Origin: Rhodospirillales bacterium
Lineage (GTDB): Bacteria > Pseudomonadota > Alphaproteobacteria > UBA9219
DNA: 24,245 nt
Direction: 5' to 3'
Assembly (NCBI GenBank): GCA_015654915.1
Contig: JAATFY010000182.1
Location: forward strand, 1-24,245
A model generated the notes under the pieces. It ran no database searches, had not been told where the DNA came from, and was given only the letters and a program-made list of their open reading frames with translations. Made by a program: the position numbers and the translations under genes. The stretch's first letter is position 1. Each line of letters begins with the position of its first letter. This document shows, in pieces, positions 1 to 9,403 of this stretch.

Positions 1-69
1 CGGTGTAGGTCGGCCTGCATTGGTCATAGGTCGCGGCCACCTAGTTAAAACGGGCGGAGAAAGTCATAT

Positions 70-744
<675 letters not shown>

Positions 745-831
745 GATTGCGGACAATTTCCCGAGCGGATGAATACATCCGGCATCATAAAGCCCCCTTG
801 CCGCGCGTCCAGTGTTGCTTTCCAAAAATAT

Positions 832-1023
832 CCCTCTCCCCTTGCGGGAGAGGAAGCAAAAACTTGGACTTACGCAGTAAGTCCTTAGTTTTTGCAGGTG
901 AGGGGTCAGAGTCATTATGTACCCCTCCCCGAATTTGCTGCGCAAATTCGACCGGGCTGGCATGACCGGTCCCTAAACCCGACTTATCTTGCTGCATTCG
1001 CAGCAAGCCCGCAGGGGGAGGGT
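832..1023. repeat. Composite palindromic intergenic repeat (CCCTCTCCCCTTGCGGGAGAGG...GGTGAGGGG type)
   Basis: Inverted ends ccctctccccttgcggg / cccgcagggggaggg enclose nested hairpins: gcaaaaact/agtttttgc, ggacttac/gtaagtcc, gaggggt/acccctc, cgaatttgc/gcaaattcg, cttgctgc/gcagcaag. Confidence 0.75.
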
Positions 1024-1092
1024 GATAAAAAATGGTAACCGAAAAAGTTACCTTGTCTTGCGCCAAACGGGACGGGTTTCTATAACCCTTGC

Positions 1093-1764
1093 ATGATTTT
1101 GGCCTGTCCTCTCTGTCATGCGCGGTTTCTGGTATCGGCAAGTCTGTTCGCCGCGGGCCCGCGGCAGGTGCATTGCGCCCATTGCCGCCATGGCTGGCGC
1201 GCCGAAGCGTCGTCCGATCCCGCCGAAGCGCCGCCGCCCGTCGCCGCTCGCACGCCGGACCCCGAACCGGCGGCGCCCGCGAAGCCGCAAACTATCCCGC
1301 TGCCGGAAGAACCGCTGCCGTCCTGGCTGCGCTGGAGTATTAGAATCGGTGCGGCTGTCATATTGGGCGTTCTGTTTTTAGGACTGGTGTTCGGCCGCCA
1401 GCAGGCGGCCAAAATGTGGCCCTTCACCGAAGGCGTTTACAATAAAATCGGCCTGCATATATACCATGCGGGCGAGGGACTCGGGTTCGAACAGGTGCGG
1501 TCGGAGCTGCGGTACAACGGCGGCATAACCCAGTTGATCATCGAGGGCGGCATCCATAACGAAACCAGAAATACGCAGCAAATCCCCGATATTCTGGCGT
1601 CCGCCGTGGGCCCTGACGGAAAAATCATGCAAAGCTGGCAGATTGACGCGCCAGCGGCTAGAGTATTCGCGGGCGAGACGTTAAGGTTCCGCTCGACCAT
1701 CAACGCCCCGCGGGGCACCGTTACGGAAATCAATCTGGTTTTTATCGAGCCGAAAAATGAATGA
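1093..1764 (+). CDS. MJ0042-type zinc-ribbon membrane protein (probable DUF3426 C-terminus)
   Basis: N-terminal CPLC...CAHC zinc ribbon, Pro/Ala-rich linker, one hydrophobic TM segment, then a beta-rich C-terminal domain. Confidence 0.85.
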   Translation: MILACPLCHARFLVSASLFAAGPRQVHCAHCRHGWRAEASSDPAEAPPPVAARTPDPEPAAPAKPQTIPLPEEPLPSWLRWSIRIGAAVILGVLFLGLVFGRQQAAKMWPFTEGVYNKIGLHIYHAGEGLGFEQVRSELRYNGGITQLIIEGGIHNETRNTQQIPDILASAVGPDGKIMQSWQIDAPAARVFAGETLRFRSTINAPRGTVTEINLVFIEPKNE

Positions 1765-2161
1765 GAATTCCAAACCCAAAGACACCGGCGCGCGCGTCCT
1801 GATCGCCGAGGACAATCCCGCTGGGCGCGAGTTCATCGTCCGATCGCTGGCCTCCGCTGGCCATAAACCCGTTGCCGTGGCCGACGGGCAGCAGGCGCTG
1901 GATGCCCTCGCTAAGGAAAAGTTCGACGTTCTGGTGACCGACATTGTGATGCCGAATGTCGACGGCATCGCTCTCGCCCTCAAAGCAGTGCGGCTCTTCC
2001 CCGATTTGCGCATCGTCATGATCTCCGGCTATGCACAGGAGCGTATGCGGGCGCATAACCTCGACGCCCTCGTGCATCGCATTATCGCCAAGCCTTTCTC
2101 GCTGGAAGAAATATGCGATGCGGTGAAAGAATCCATCTCGCTGCCGCCCGGCGCCGTCTGA
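1757..2161 (+). CDS. Single-domain response regulator (CpdR-like)
   Basis: Receiver motifs LIAED, VTDIVMP (phospho-Asp), ISGY, KPF; no output domain; overlaps the upstream gene by 8 bp. Confidence 0.85.
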   Translation: MNENSKPKDTGARVLIAEDNPAGREFIVRSLASAGHKPVAVADGQQALDALAKEKFDVLVTDIVMPNVDGIALALKAVRLFPDLRIVMISGYAQERMRAHNLDALVHRIIAKPFSLEEICDAVKESISLPPGAV

Positions 2162-2172
2162 GTTGGCATCTG

Positions 2173-3045
2173 ATGAAATCCCCCATCCGCAAAGCCGTGT
2201 TTCCCGTCGCCGGTCTCGGCACGCGCTTCCTTCCCGCCACCAAGGCGATGCCGAAGGAAATGCTGACGCTGGTTGATCGGCCTTTGATCCAGCATGCGGT
2301 GGACGAAGCGCGCGCGGCGGGCATCGAGCAGTTCATTTTCGTCACCAGCCGCGGCAAAGGTGCGCTGGAAGACCATTTCGACAGCAACAACGATCTGAAA
2401 CGCACGCTGGAAAAACGCGGCAAAAAACAGGCCCTAAGCATTCTGGAATCGACGGAAATCGAATCCGGCCAGTTGCTGTTCACGCGCCAGCGCGAGCCTT
2501 TGGGCCTCGGTCATGCCGTATGGTGCGCGCGGCATCTGGTCGGGAACGAGCCCTTCGCCATTTTGCTGGCGGACGACGTGGTGCTGGCGAAGAAACCCTG
2601 CTTGCAGCAGATGCTGGAAGCGTATGGTGAGGTCAGCGGCAATCTGGTCGCGGTCGTCGACGTGCCGCGCGAGCAGACCAGCCGTTACGGCATTCTGGAT
2701 GTCGAAAAAGACGACGGGCGGCTGGCCAAGGTCAAAGGCCTGGTCGAAAAGCCGGAACCGGCCAAGGCGCCCTCCACGCTTTCGATCATTGGGCGCTATA
2801 TCCTGCAGCCGGAAATTTTCCATGAGCTTGAAGCCAAGCGCACCGGCGCGGGCGGTGAGATCCAGATCACCGACAGCATGGCGAAGCTGATAGGAAAGCA
2901 ACCGTTCCACGGGTTGCGCTTCGAGGGCACGCGCTACGATTGCGGCGACAAGGTCGGCTTTATCGAAGCCAATGCCGCCTTTGCCTTGGCGCATCCCGAG
3001 ATCGGCCCGCAGGTGCGCGGCGTCCTGAAAAACCTTCTCCGTTAA
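2173..3045 (+). CDS. galU: UTP-glucose-1-phosphate uridylyltransferase
   Basis: KAVFPVAGLGTRFLPATKAMPKEML, GLGHAV, GAGGEIQITD. ATG at 2173 chosen as start. Confidence 0.96.
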   Translation: MKSPIRKAVFPVAGLGTRFLPATKAMPKEMLTLVDRPLIQHAVDEARAAGIEQFIFVTSRGKGALEDHFDSNNDLKRTLEKRGKKQALSILESTEIESGQLLFTRQREPLGLGHAVWCARHLVGNEPFAILLADDVVLAKKPCLQQMLEAYGEVSGNLVAVVDVPREQTSRYGILDVEKDDGRLAKVKGLVEKPEPAKAPSTLSIIGRYILQPEIFHELEAKRTGAGGEIQITDSMAKLIGKQPFHGLRFEGTRYDCGDKVGFIEANAAFALAHPEIGPQVRGVLKNLLR

Positions 3046-3054
3046 GGGATTCCC

Positions 3055-4356
3055 ATGCAGATCGTGGTGATGGGTGCTGGTTATGTCGGGCTGGTGTCGG
3101 CGGCTTGCTTCGCCGAGTTCGGCCACAAGGTCACCTGCATCGACCAAAATCCGGAACGCATGGCCGCCCTGCTGAAAGGCGATATTCCGATCTTCGAGCC
3201 CGGCCTTGACGAGCTTGTCGCCAAAAACATGGAACGCGGCACGCTGGTCTTTGCCGCCACTTTGATGCCCGCCATGGATTCGGCGGATGCCGTGTTTATC
3301 GCCGTCGGCACCCCCGCGCGGCGCGGCGACGGTTATGCCGATCTCAGTTATGTTTATAAAGCCGCCGAAGAAATTGCGCGGAGCCTCAAGCGCTATGCCG
3401 TCGTTGTCACCAAATCGACGGTGCCGGTCGGCACCGGCCGCGAGATTGTGCGGCGGATGCATGAGGCCAATCCAGAGGCCGAATTCGACGTTTGCTCCAA
3501 CCCCGAATTCCTGCGCGAGGGTTCGGCAATCAATGATTTCATGCAGCCCGACCGCATCATCCTCGGCTGCGAAAGCGACCGCGCCGCGGAGGTCATGAAG
3601 GCGCTTTACCGCCCGCTTTACCTGATCGAAACGCCGACGGTGCTGACGTCGCTCGAGACGGCCGAACTGATCAAATACGCCTCCAACGCTTTTCTGGCGA
3701 CCAAGATCACTTTCATCAACGAGATCGCCGATTTGTGCGAAAAGGTCGGTGCCGATGTGCAGGTGGTGGCGAAGGGCATGGGGCTCGACGGGCGCATCGG
3801 AAAGAAATTCCTTCATGCGGGGCCGGGTTTCGGCGGCTCATGTTTCCCCAAGGATACGGTGGCTCTCGCCCGTACTGCGCAGGACAAGGGCGCGCCGTTG
3901 CGCCTTGTCGAGGCCACCATCGACATCAACACGAAACGCAAAACCGGCATGGCGGATCGTATCATCGCCGCCTGCGGCGGTTCGGTGAAAGGCAAAACCA
4001 TTGCCGTGCTCGGCCTCACTTTCAAGCCGAACACCGACGATATGCGCGACAGCGTCAGCCTCGATGTCGTGCCCGCGCTGCAGAAAGCGGGAGCCGTTAT
4101 CCGCGCCTACGATCCGGCGGGAATGAAGGAAGCCAAAACGTTATTGAAGGACGTAACGTGGTGCGATGGTCCTTACGCGGCGATGCAGGACGCCGATGCC
4201 GCCGTCATCCTCACCGAATGGAACGAGTTCCGCGCGCTGGATATAAAACAAATGAAAGCGGCATTAAAACAGCCGGTGCTCATCGACCTGCGCAACGTCT
4301 ACAGCCCCGCCGATATGCGGGCGGCGGGTTTCAGATATGTGAGTGTGGGGCGGTAG
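3055..4356 (+). CDS. ugd: UDP-glucose 6-dehydrogenase
   Basis: Rossmann GAGYVG, NPEFLREG, ELIKYASN, catalytic GFGGSCFPKD, GLTFKPNTDDMR. Confidence 0.95.
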   Translation: MQIVVMGAGYVGLVSAACFAEFGHKVTCIDQNPERMAALLKGDIPIFEPGLDELVAKNMERGTLVFAATLMPAMDSADAVFIAVGTPARRGDGYADLSYVYKAAEEIARSLKRYAVVVTKSTVPVGTGREIVRRMHEANPEAEFDVCSNPEFLREGSAINDFMQPDRIILGCESDRAAEVMKALYRPLYLIETPTVLTSLETAELIKYASNAFLATKITFINEIADLCEKVGADVQVVAKGMGLDGRIGKKFLHAGPGFGGSCFPKDTVALARTAQDKGAPLRLVEATIDINTKRKTGMADRIIAACGGSVKGKTIAVLGLTFKPNTDDMRDSVSLDVVPALQKAGAVIRAYDPAGMKEAKTLLKDVTWCDGPYAAMQDADAAVILTEWNEFRALDIKQMKAALKQPVLIDLRNVYSPADMRAAGFRYVSVGR

Positions 4357-4357
4357 G

Positions 4358-5053
4358 TTACCGCTTTCTTTTGGATGGCGTTTCCATTTTCTCGACCCTG
4401 TTGAGAGGCGTCGCCTTTTCCCACATGGAATAAAACTGGTGGCGGAAAGCTTCGGCTATCACATGCGATTGGAAAACGACTATCTTCGGCGATGGATCGG
4501 ACTTGGTGAGAATAATCGCGTACTTATCGTCGTAAACGTAAAAAGGCACTGAGTCGACATAATGCTTGGAGATCCAGCGGCATTCGCAATAGGGCGCGGC
4601 CTGCGAGGCATCCCCTTCGGTTATAATGGATTTCACCGCGATGACGTCTGTTATTGCCTTCATTCTTTCGTAGTGAAAAGTTTTATAATCGCCGATGACC
4701 TCGGAAAACTGTCCTGTTGATGGCCAAACTTGCACTATTTCGCCGCGCCTTTTTTTGCTGGATTGGTAAACATCGTCGAAGAAAGCCTTGGCGCCTTCGC
4801 GACCTTGATAGATCGTTATATCCTCCGGCTTATGCCGTACACCACCGGGCTCGATAAATTCGAGGCCGTTATTCTCAAAAGCTTGCCGAAGCATCTGCGT
4901 GGTTTTGCCGCGCGGCGAGATGTGACCAAGCTCCAGTTTCCTTACGGTCGCGACGGAAAGGCCCGATGCGGCGGCCAGATCGTCCTGCGACCAATCGACA
5001 AGGGCGCGGGCCGCTTTTATTTGGCGCGCCGTAAGACTGCCCATCCTGTCCAT
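4358..5053 (-). CDS. XRE-family HTH regulator with extended C-terminal domain (copy 1)
   Basis: QIKAARALVDWSQDDLAAASGLSVATVRKLE is an XRE HTH; C-terminal VPFYVYDDKYAII...FYSMWEKA. Start is ATG 5053 or 5044. Confidence 0.85.
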   Translation of the reverse strand: MDRMGSLTARQIKAARALVDWSQDDLAAASGLSVATVRKLELGHISPRGKTTQMLRQAFENNGLEFIEPGGVRHKPEDITIYQGREGAKAFFDDVYQSSKKRRGEIVQVWPSTGQFSEVIGDYKTFHYERMKAITDVIAVKSIITEGDASQAAPYCECRWISKHYVDSVPFYVYDDKYAIILTKSDPSPKIVVFQSHVIAEAFRHQFYSMWEKATPLNRVEKMETPSKRKR

Positions 5054-5291
5054 ATGCACACCGTCAATCAAGTTCCTGCGAATGCTTTTCTTTTAGCGCA
5101 ATAACTGCAGAAAGTCATGTCGATCCGGAAAGTATAGGAAACCGTCAGGCTTGATATATGAAATAACTACTTCGCCCGAATATAGCCTTGGCAGGGCTTC
5201 GCAATGGACCAATCCTATGAATTCAGCCGTTGTCAAAGCGGCGAAAATCATGACACTCGCGGAATAGAAGAAATTAGATTTGGAGGGCATC

Positions 5292-5633
5292 ATGAATGCC
5301 GTGCCGGTCAGGTCCGAGATAGTATCCGACGAGTCGATCGAAACAATTACCGCGAATGCCGCGGATAATACGGTCGTTCCCTTCATGCACCGCAACACTC
5401 CGGATAGTGGATCGTCATCCGGCGAACTTCTCAATTCGCACAGTCTTCTCGCGCTTTACGCCGTCCTCGCGCATGTCGCTTCCAGCCACGACATGCCACA
5501 GGAACTCGTGCAAACTTTGGTGGAGGCCGAGTTCAGCGTCGACCATGTCGCCAAAATCCCGCAGCGCGATTTTCAGGGCGTCATGGCGTTTCTGCTCGAT
5601 TTGCGCATGGACGAAATCCGGAGCCGGCGATGA
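5292..5633 (+). CDS. Small hypothetical protein, ORF6C-like C-terminus (copy 1)
   Basis: GGAGGG RBS before ATG 5292. C-terminal EFSVDHVAKIPQRDFQGVMAFL resembles the ORF6C antirepressor-type motif and ORF 7985-8287. Confidence 0.72.
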   Translation: MNAVPVRSEIVSDESIETITANAADNTVVPFMHRNTPDSGSSSGELLNSHSLLALYAVLAHVASSHDMPQELVQTLVEAEFSVDHVAKIPQRDFQGVMAFLLDLRMDEIRSRR

Positions 5634-6007
5634 GCAATCGCCGGTTCGCGCCCAAAGAAAAAGCGCCGTCCGGCGCACGTGCTTCCGTCATTCGCTTTGT
5701 GGCCGGTCCGACCCCGCCACGCTGGACGTGCCATCATCATGCTCAAGGCTCGGATATCGAGGCTTATGTCGCAACTCTCGACGGGCTTGAGGTCATCGCA
5801 CAGACCAAAACTATGGATGGCGCCGACGCGCGGACGAACGCTGAGTTGATCGTACAGGCCGTAAATGAATACGAAACTTTACGGCCGCTGATCGCGGAAC
5901 TGGTTAGTCTATTGAAGTTGTATCCAGAAAGTAGCGGTGTGGCCGGCGGGGTAAGGCAGGATATTGAAACCGTTTGCCGCAAGGCGCGGCGGATCTTACG
6001 TATGTGA
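5630..6007 (+). CDS. Hypothetical protein, phage-like
   Basis: ATGA overlap with the previous ORF. TPPRW...TNAELIVQAVN resembles the phage-type 'TPGPW...ANARLIAAAP' pattern. Confidence 0.62.
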   Translation: MSNRRFAPKEKAPSGARASVIRFVAGPTPPRWTCHHHAQGSDIEAYVATLDGLEVIAQTKTMDGADARTNAELIVQAVNEYETLRPLIAELVSLLKLYPESSGVAGGVRQDIETVCRKARRILRM

Positions 6008-6084
6008 TCGCAAGATGGCAGCACTCGAGTAAAGGTTTGTATTCATTAGAGCGTCAATCTTGCGCCGTGCAGAGTACGAATAAT

Positions 6085-6864
6085 TCAACCGGCGGAAACT
6101 TTGGGGGTTGAGCCATTCGTTTTTCTCTGCGCAAGCATGATAAGAAGCGAAGTCATGACGCCGGGGTTTGTGACGGCTTCCAACTCTGTGGTTGTTACAA
6201 ATTGTTTGATGTTAAAGTCGCGTGCGAAGACTTCGCGGAAACGGGCTTTGTCCCAGAAATGCAGGACGTGGCCTTCCCGTTTTTTGTCGGTATAAACGGC
6301 ATCGCGAACCGTTTTGCCGTGTACCGTAAGCGCCTTCATCTGTTCGGGATTGAAATCTTTGGGGGAGCGCGCGCCGATGCAAAGGAAGCCGCCGGGGACA
6401 ATCCGTTCCGCGGCCTTAACTGCAAAATCGTCTACCGGTTTAGGGTCCAGAAGATGGATAGTACGATGGGAATATATGGCATCGAAATGTCCCACATGTG
6501 CATCAAGGACATGGGCCATGGTGCCATGCATAAAAGTGACGCTCCCCTTCATAAGTCCTTCGCTGTTTAATTGCCGTTGAGTAGCAGACGCCAGTTCCAG
6601 CCCTTTTTTCGAAGGGTCGATCGCCAGAACCGTATGGCCCGCCGCGGCAAATTTAAGCGCGTCGCGTCCGTAACCGCAGCCGATATCACACAACATAAAA
6701 AGCTGCGGGCCTTTGCCGGGCTGATTGCGGATAGTATCTCTTAAAAGATCCGCTGTCGGGCTGGAGTCATTACCCCAAATATGACCTTCGTCCGCATAAC
6801 GGCGGTCCCATAGGTCCGGTTTTTCTGCCACCATTGATGGCGTTGTGTCGTCAGGTAATGACAT
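6085..6864 (-). CDS. Class I SAM-dependent methyltransferase
   Basis: Motif I CDIGCGYGRD, then acidic LAIDPS, FDAIYSHRTIH; 24 bp downstream of XRE copy 2 on the same strand. Confidence 0.85.
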   Translation of the reverse strand: MSLPDDTTPSMVAEKPDLWDRRYADEGHIWGNDSSPTADLLRDTIRNQPGKGPQLFMLCDIGCGYGRDALKFAAAGHTVLAIDPSKKGLELASATQRQLNSEGLMKGSVTFMHGTMAHVLDAHVGHFDAIYSHRTIHLLDPKPVDDFAVKAAERIVPGGFLCIGARSPKDFNPEQMKALTVHGKTVRDAVYTDKKREGHVLHFWDKARFREVFARDFNIKQFVTTTELEAVTNPGVMTSLLIMLAQRKTNGSTPKVSAG

Positions 6865-6888
6865 TACTCAATCTTTCAAAAAATTACG

Positions 6889-7608
6889 TTATCTAATCTT
6901 CTTTTCTTTGAAGCGCGCCTCTGAAAAACAGGGTTTGGCTGCTTGCCAGAGGACGTTGAACTGCTCTCTATATGTTTTCGCAACCAGAGCCGAACAAATC
7001 ACAACGATCTGCGGCGTCTCATTATCTTCGAACATCATGATCGCCAGCTTATCGCCGTAAACGTAAAACGGAACGTTGCCTATTGCCTGTTGCGGGTTAT
7101 AGCGGTATTCGCGAAATCCGCCGGTTCCCTGCCGTTCTTCTGGCAGGCAGTGAAACGGGCCTTCCTGAACCAGCACCTGAACCTTGACGTTACCCAACTC
7201 TTTCACGCGCCGAGCGTGCAACATATAGTAATCGCCGAGATGCTTGTCGAACTGGCGGTCGTCGAAGCTGCTGACGCATACCGGCTTGTCGCCGTCCATG
7301 CGGGCCGAAGGTTTCTTTTCTTCTTCGTAAACATCGTCCATAAATTTCTTGAAGCCTTCAGCGCCTTCAAACCGAAGAACAGTGTCGCGGCTGAACCGCA
7401 CGCCTTCGTCTTCCGTAAATTCCACATGATGCGCGGCGAACGCCGCCTTGATCTGCTCCGCGGTTTGTTCCTGCGGACGGAAAGTTCCATGCTCGATATT
7501 CTTCACCGTCTCGGGCGAAATGTTCGCGGCCTTGGCCAGCTCGGTGCGGGTCCAGTCGAGGAGGCCTCGTGCGGCTCGTAGTTGGGCGGCGGTGATCATC
7601 TCATTCAA
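6889..7608 (-). CDS. XRE-family HTH regulator with extended C-terminal domain (copy 2)
   Basis: QLRAARGLLDWTRTELAKAANISPETVKNIE HTH; C-terminal VPFYVYGDKLAIMM...FNVLWQAA; alignable by eye with 4358-5053. Confidence 0.87.
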   Translation of the reverse strand: MNEMITAAQLRAARGLLDWTRTELAKAANISPETVKNIEHGTFRPQEQTAEQIKAAFAAHHVEFTEDEGVRFSRDTVLRFEGAEGFKKFMDDVYEEEKKPSARMDGDKPVCVSSFDDRQFDKHLGDYYMLHARRVKELGNVKVQVLVQEGPFHCLPEERQGTGGFREYRYNPQQAIGNVPFYVYGDKLAIMMFEDNETPQIVVICSALVAKTYREQFNVLWQAAKPCFSEARFKEKKIR

Positions 7609-7666
7609 CTCACAACATAAAATTCAGGCGCATTGCTCTGCACGCGTTCTGGTCTCAACTATTTAT

Positions 7667-7808
7667 GGTATACAATTACCGTTTTGGGAGTAACGAGCGC
7701 AAGCAATGCATTACTTTCATTCAACTTCTCTGCCAACATGATTCTTTCCTTAATTATTTATAAACCATAGAAAAGTTGTGTGCAACTATTTTTTGGTATT
7801 TTGTTACC
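7667..7808. promoter_or_regulatory. Two GGTA-N6-TACC palindromes in an AT-rich divergent promoter region
   Basis: ggta-tacaat-tacc (7667-7680) and ggta-ttttgt-tacc (7795-7808); a TATAAT lies at 7822-7827 on the + strand. Confidence 0.45.
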
Positions 7809-7984
7809 ATCTATTGGTATGTATAATGAGGGCAACAAAGTCATCGATATTGCATATTTTAGGTAATAAAAAGGCCGATAGACCAGCAAAATCGCTGAAT
7901 CCCGAAAAAGCCGCAAAGATTGCACACGAAAGCCAGAAATCAGGTTCAGGTTCTTAAGGTTAAAAATTTCAGAGGAGGTTTATT

Positions 7985-8287
7985 ATGATTGGCAGGTCAC
8001 ACAATGAAAACCACGCGCCGATGTCGGTGGTTTCCGTCCTTACCTCCGAGAGCTGGATGCAAAATCGCAATGACGACAAAGCCGCCGCGACGGTTTCGGC
8101 GAACGAACTGACATCGCTCAGCGCCCTGATCGCTTATGTCGCGTATAATTCCGGCGAGCATGAATTCCGCGTCGAGCGCCGCCTTGCCGATCGTTTCAAT
8201 ATCCAGAACGTCAGCCGTCTGCCGGCGGCTCTGTTTGACACCGCGATCCGTTATCTTGTCGACGGTATGGCGCAGGCTGCGGCTTAA
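7985..8287 (+). CDS. Small hypothetical protein, ORF6C-like C-terminus (copy 2)
   Basis: Strong RBS GAGGAGG; RFNIQNVSRLPAALFDTAIRYL parallels ORF 5292-5633. Confidence 0.75.
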   Translation: MIGRSHNENHAPMSVVSVLTSESWMQNRNDDKAAATVSANELTSLSALIAYVAYNSGEHEFRVERRLADRFNIQNVSRLPAALFDTAIRYLVDGMAQAAA

Positions 8288-9399
8288 ACGCCATTCATCT
8301 TTTTTATGATGAATTTGCCTATATTGATGCACGGCTTCTCTATCAAATTAAACATTACATAGCCCGCTAAAAGGGTTGTTGGGCATGCGATAGCGAACCA
8401 AACAAAAAATCTCACTTCACCCCATGATTGATTAAGGTGCAGTCCATTGAATATCCAAATCTTTATAGGATCAAGATAGGTTAGAATAAGAGCGTGGCAT
8501 AGATATATCGAGTAACAGTAAACTCCATACTTTCCCAGAACCCGATTTCTAGTTATCTTGCCAAAAAAGGATTTCTCAGAAAATGACGCAATAAACATAA
8601 CGGCCAGAGCTGCTGTTGCCAGAATGAGATTTGAAGTCAGGAAAAGACCAAGGATTATGAAGGCCAATACATCCAACAAAACAAGAACGGTCCGACTTTC
8701 CAGAATGCCGGTTTTAAACGCAGGGTGGATGCTCCAGTAATATAAAATGATCCCGACCCCGAAACAAAACCAGTGATGAAGCGGAAAGACAAAAGAATTT
8801 TCGGCGGGAACATTCAGACGCGGCGCGGCATAATTCCAGAAGAAGGCCAATCCCAGTGTCATAATGCCAAACCATGTGGCTTTTGATAGATTTGTTACGT
8901 AACAAAAAACGAGCGGCAAAAATAAGTAGAATGTCTCTTCCACAAAAATTGACCAGCCCATGGGGAACAGTTCCGCCTGCGCCCTGTTGCGGTGAATCAT
9001 AAATCCGAAATAGAGAAAGTAATCGGGGAGGCTGCTTGCCACCGTTCGATGGGCCATCAGCATATAAATGGCGTTTATCAGCCACCAGAACGGCAGGATG
9101 CGAAAGGCGCGTCGAAGATAAAATGAAATCGTCGGTTTTTTGTCGATCGTAAAGCGAATTTTCGAGGACGCGAATAACGTAAATGCGCTGATCATAAAGA
9201 ACAACTGCACCCCACGCGCGCCCGCATTTATAAAGCGCTCAATAAAATGAAAGTGAAAAAGATCGGCTGCCTCATCTCGGCAAAATGCCGCCGTATGGAC
9301 GGCGACAACCATGAGGATCGCAATACCGCGCAAGCCGTCGATATACGGACGATGGAGGCTGTTTTCTGTTGCCGTAAACTGCTGGTTATCAGTGAGCAG
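8284..9399 (-). CDS. Acyltransferase family 3 (OafA/YrhL-like) membrane O-acyltransferase
   Basis: YIDGLRGIAILMVVAVH, GVQLFFMISAF, FYLRRAFRILP, WSIFVEETFY, YSIYLCH, IEKP; multi-TM. The frame is open upstream of TTG 9333; a CTG start at 9399 is inferred and uncertain. Confidence 0.88.
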   Translation of the reverse strand: MLTDNQQFTATENSLHRPYIDGLRGIAILMVVAVHTAAFCRDEAADLFHFHFIERFINAGARGVQLFFMISAFTLFASSKIRFTIDKKPTISFYLRRAFRILPFWWLINAIYMLMAHRTVASSLPDYFLYFGFMIHRNRAQAELFPMGWSIFVEETFYLFLPLVFCYVTNLSKATWFGIMTLGLAFFWNYAAPRLNVPAENSFVFPLHHWFCFGVGIILYYWSIHPAFKTGILESRTVLVLLDVLAFIILGLFLTSNLILATAALAVMFIASFSEKSFFGKITRNRVLGKYGVYCYSIYLCHALILTYLDPIKIWIFNGLHLNQSWGEVRFFVWFAIACPTTLLAGYVMFNLIEKPCINIGKFIIKKMNGV

Positions 9400-9403
9400 A
9401 GAA

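Noticed and set aside
1-27. Possible start of a gene downstream of ftsE (MTNAGRPTP, e.g. ftsX)
   Set aside because: Only nine codons are visible; not enough to support a call.
2434-3816. Long antisense/alternate-frame ORFs (also 100-888, 6943-7581, 12592-13710, 13862-14362, 20631-21515, 21374-22276)
   Set aside because: Shadow ORFs of well-supported genes in GC-rich DNA; no recognisable motifs.
4345-4357. tggggcggtagg as a left att copy of the tRNA-Gly end
   Set aside because: Too few matches to tggagcgggtgaaggg, and it lies within the ugd coding end.
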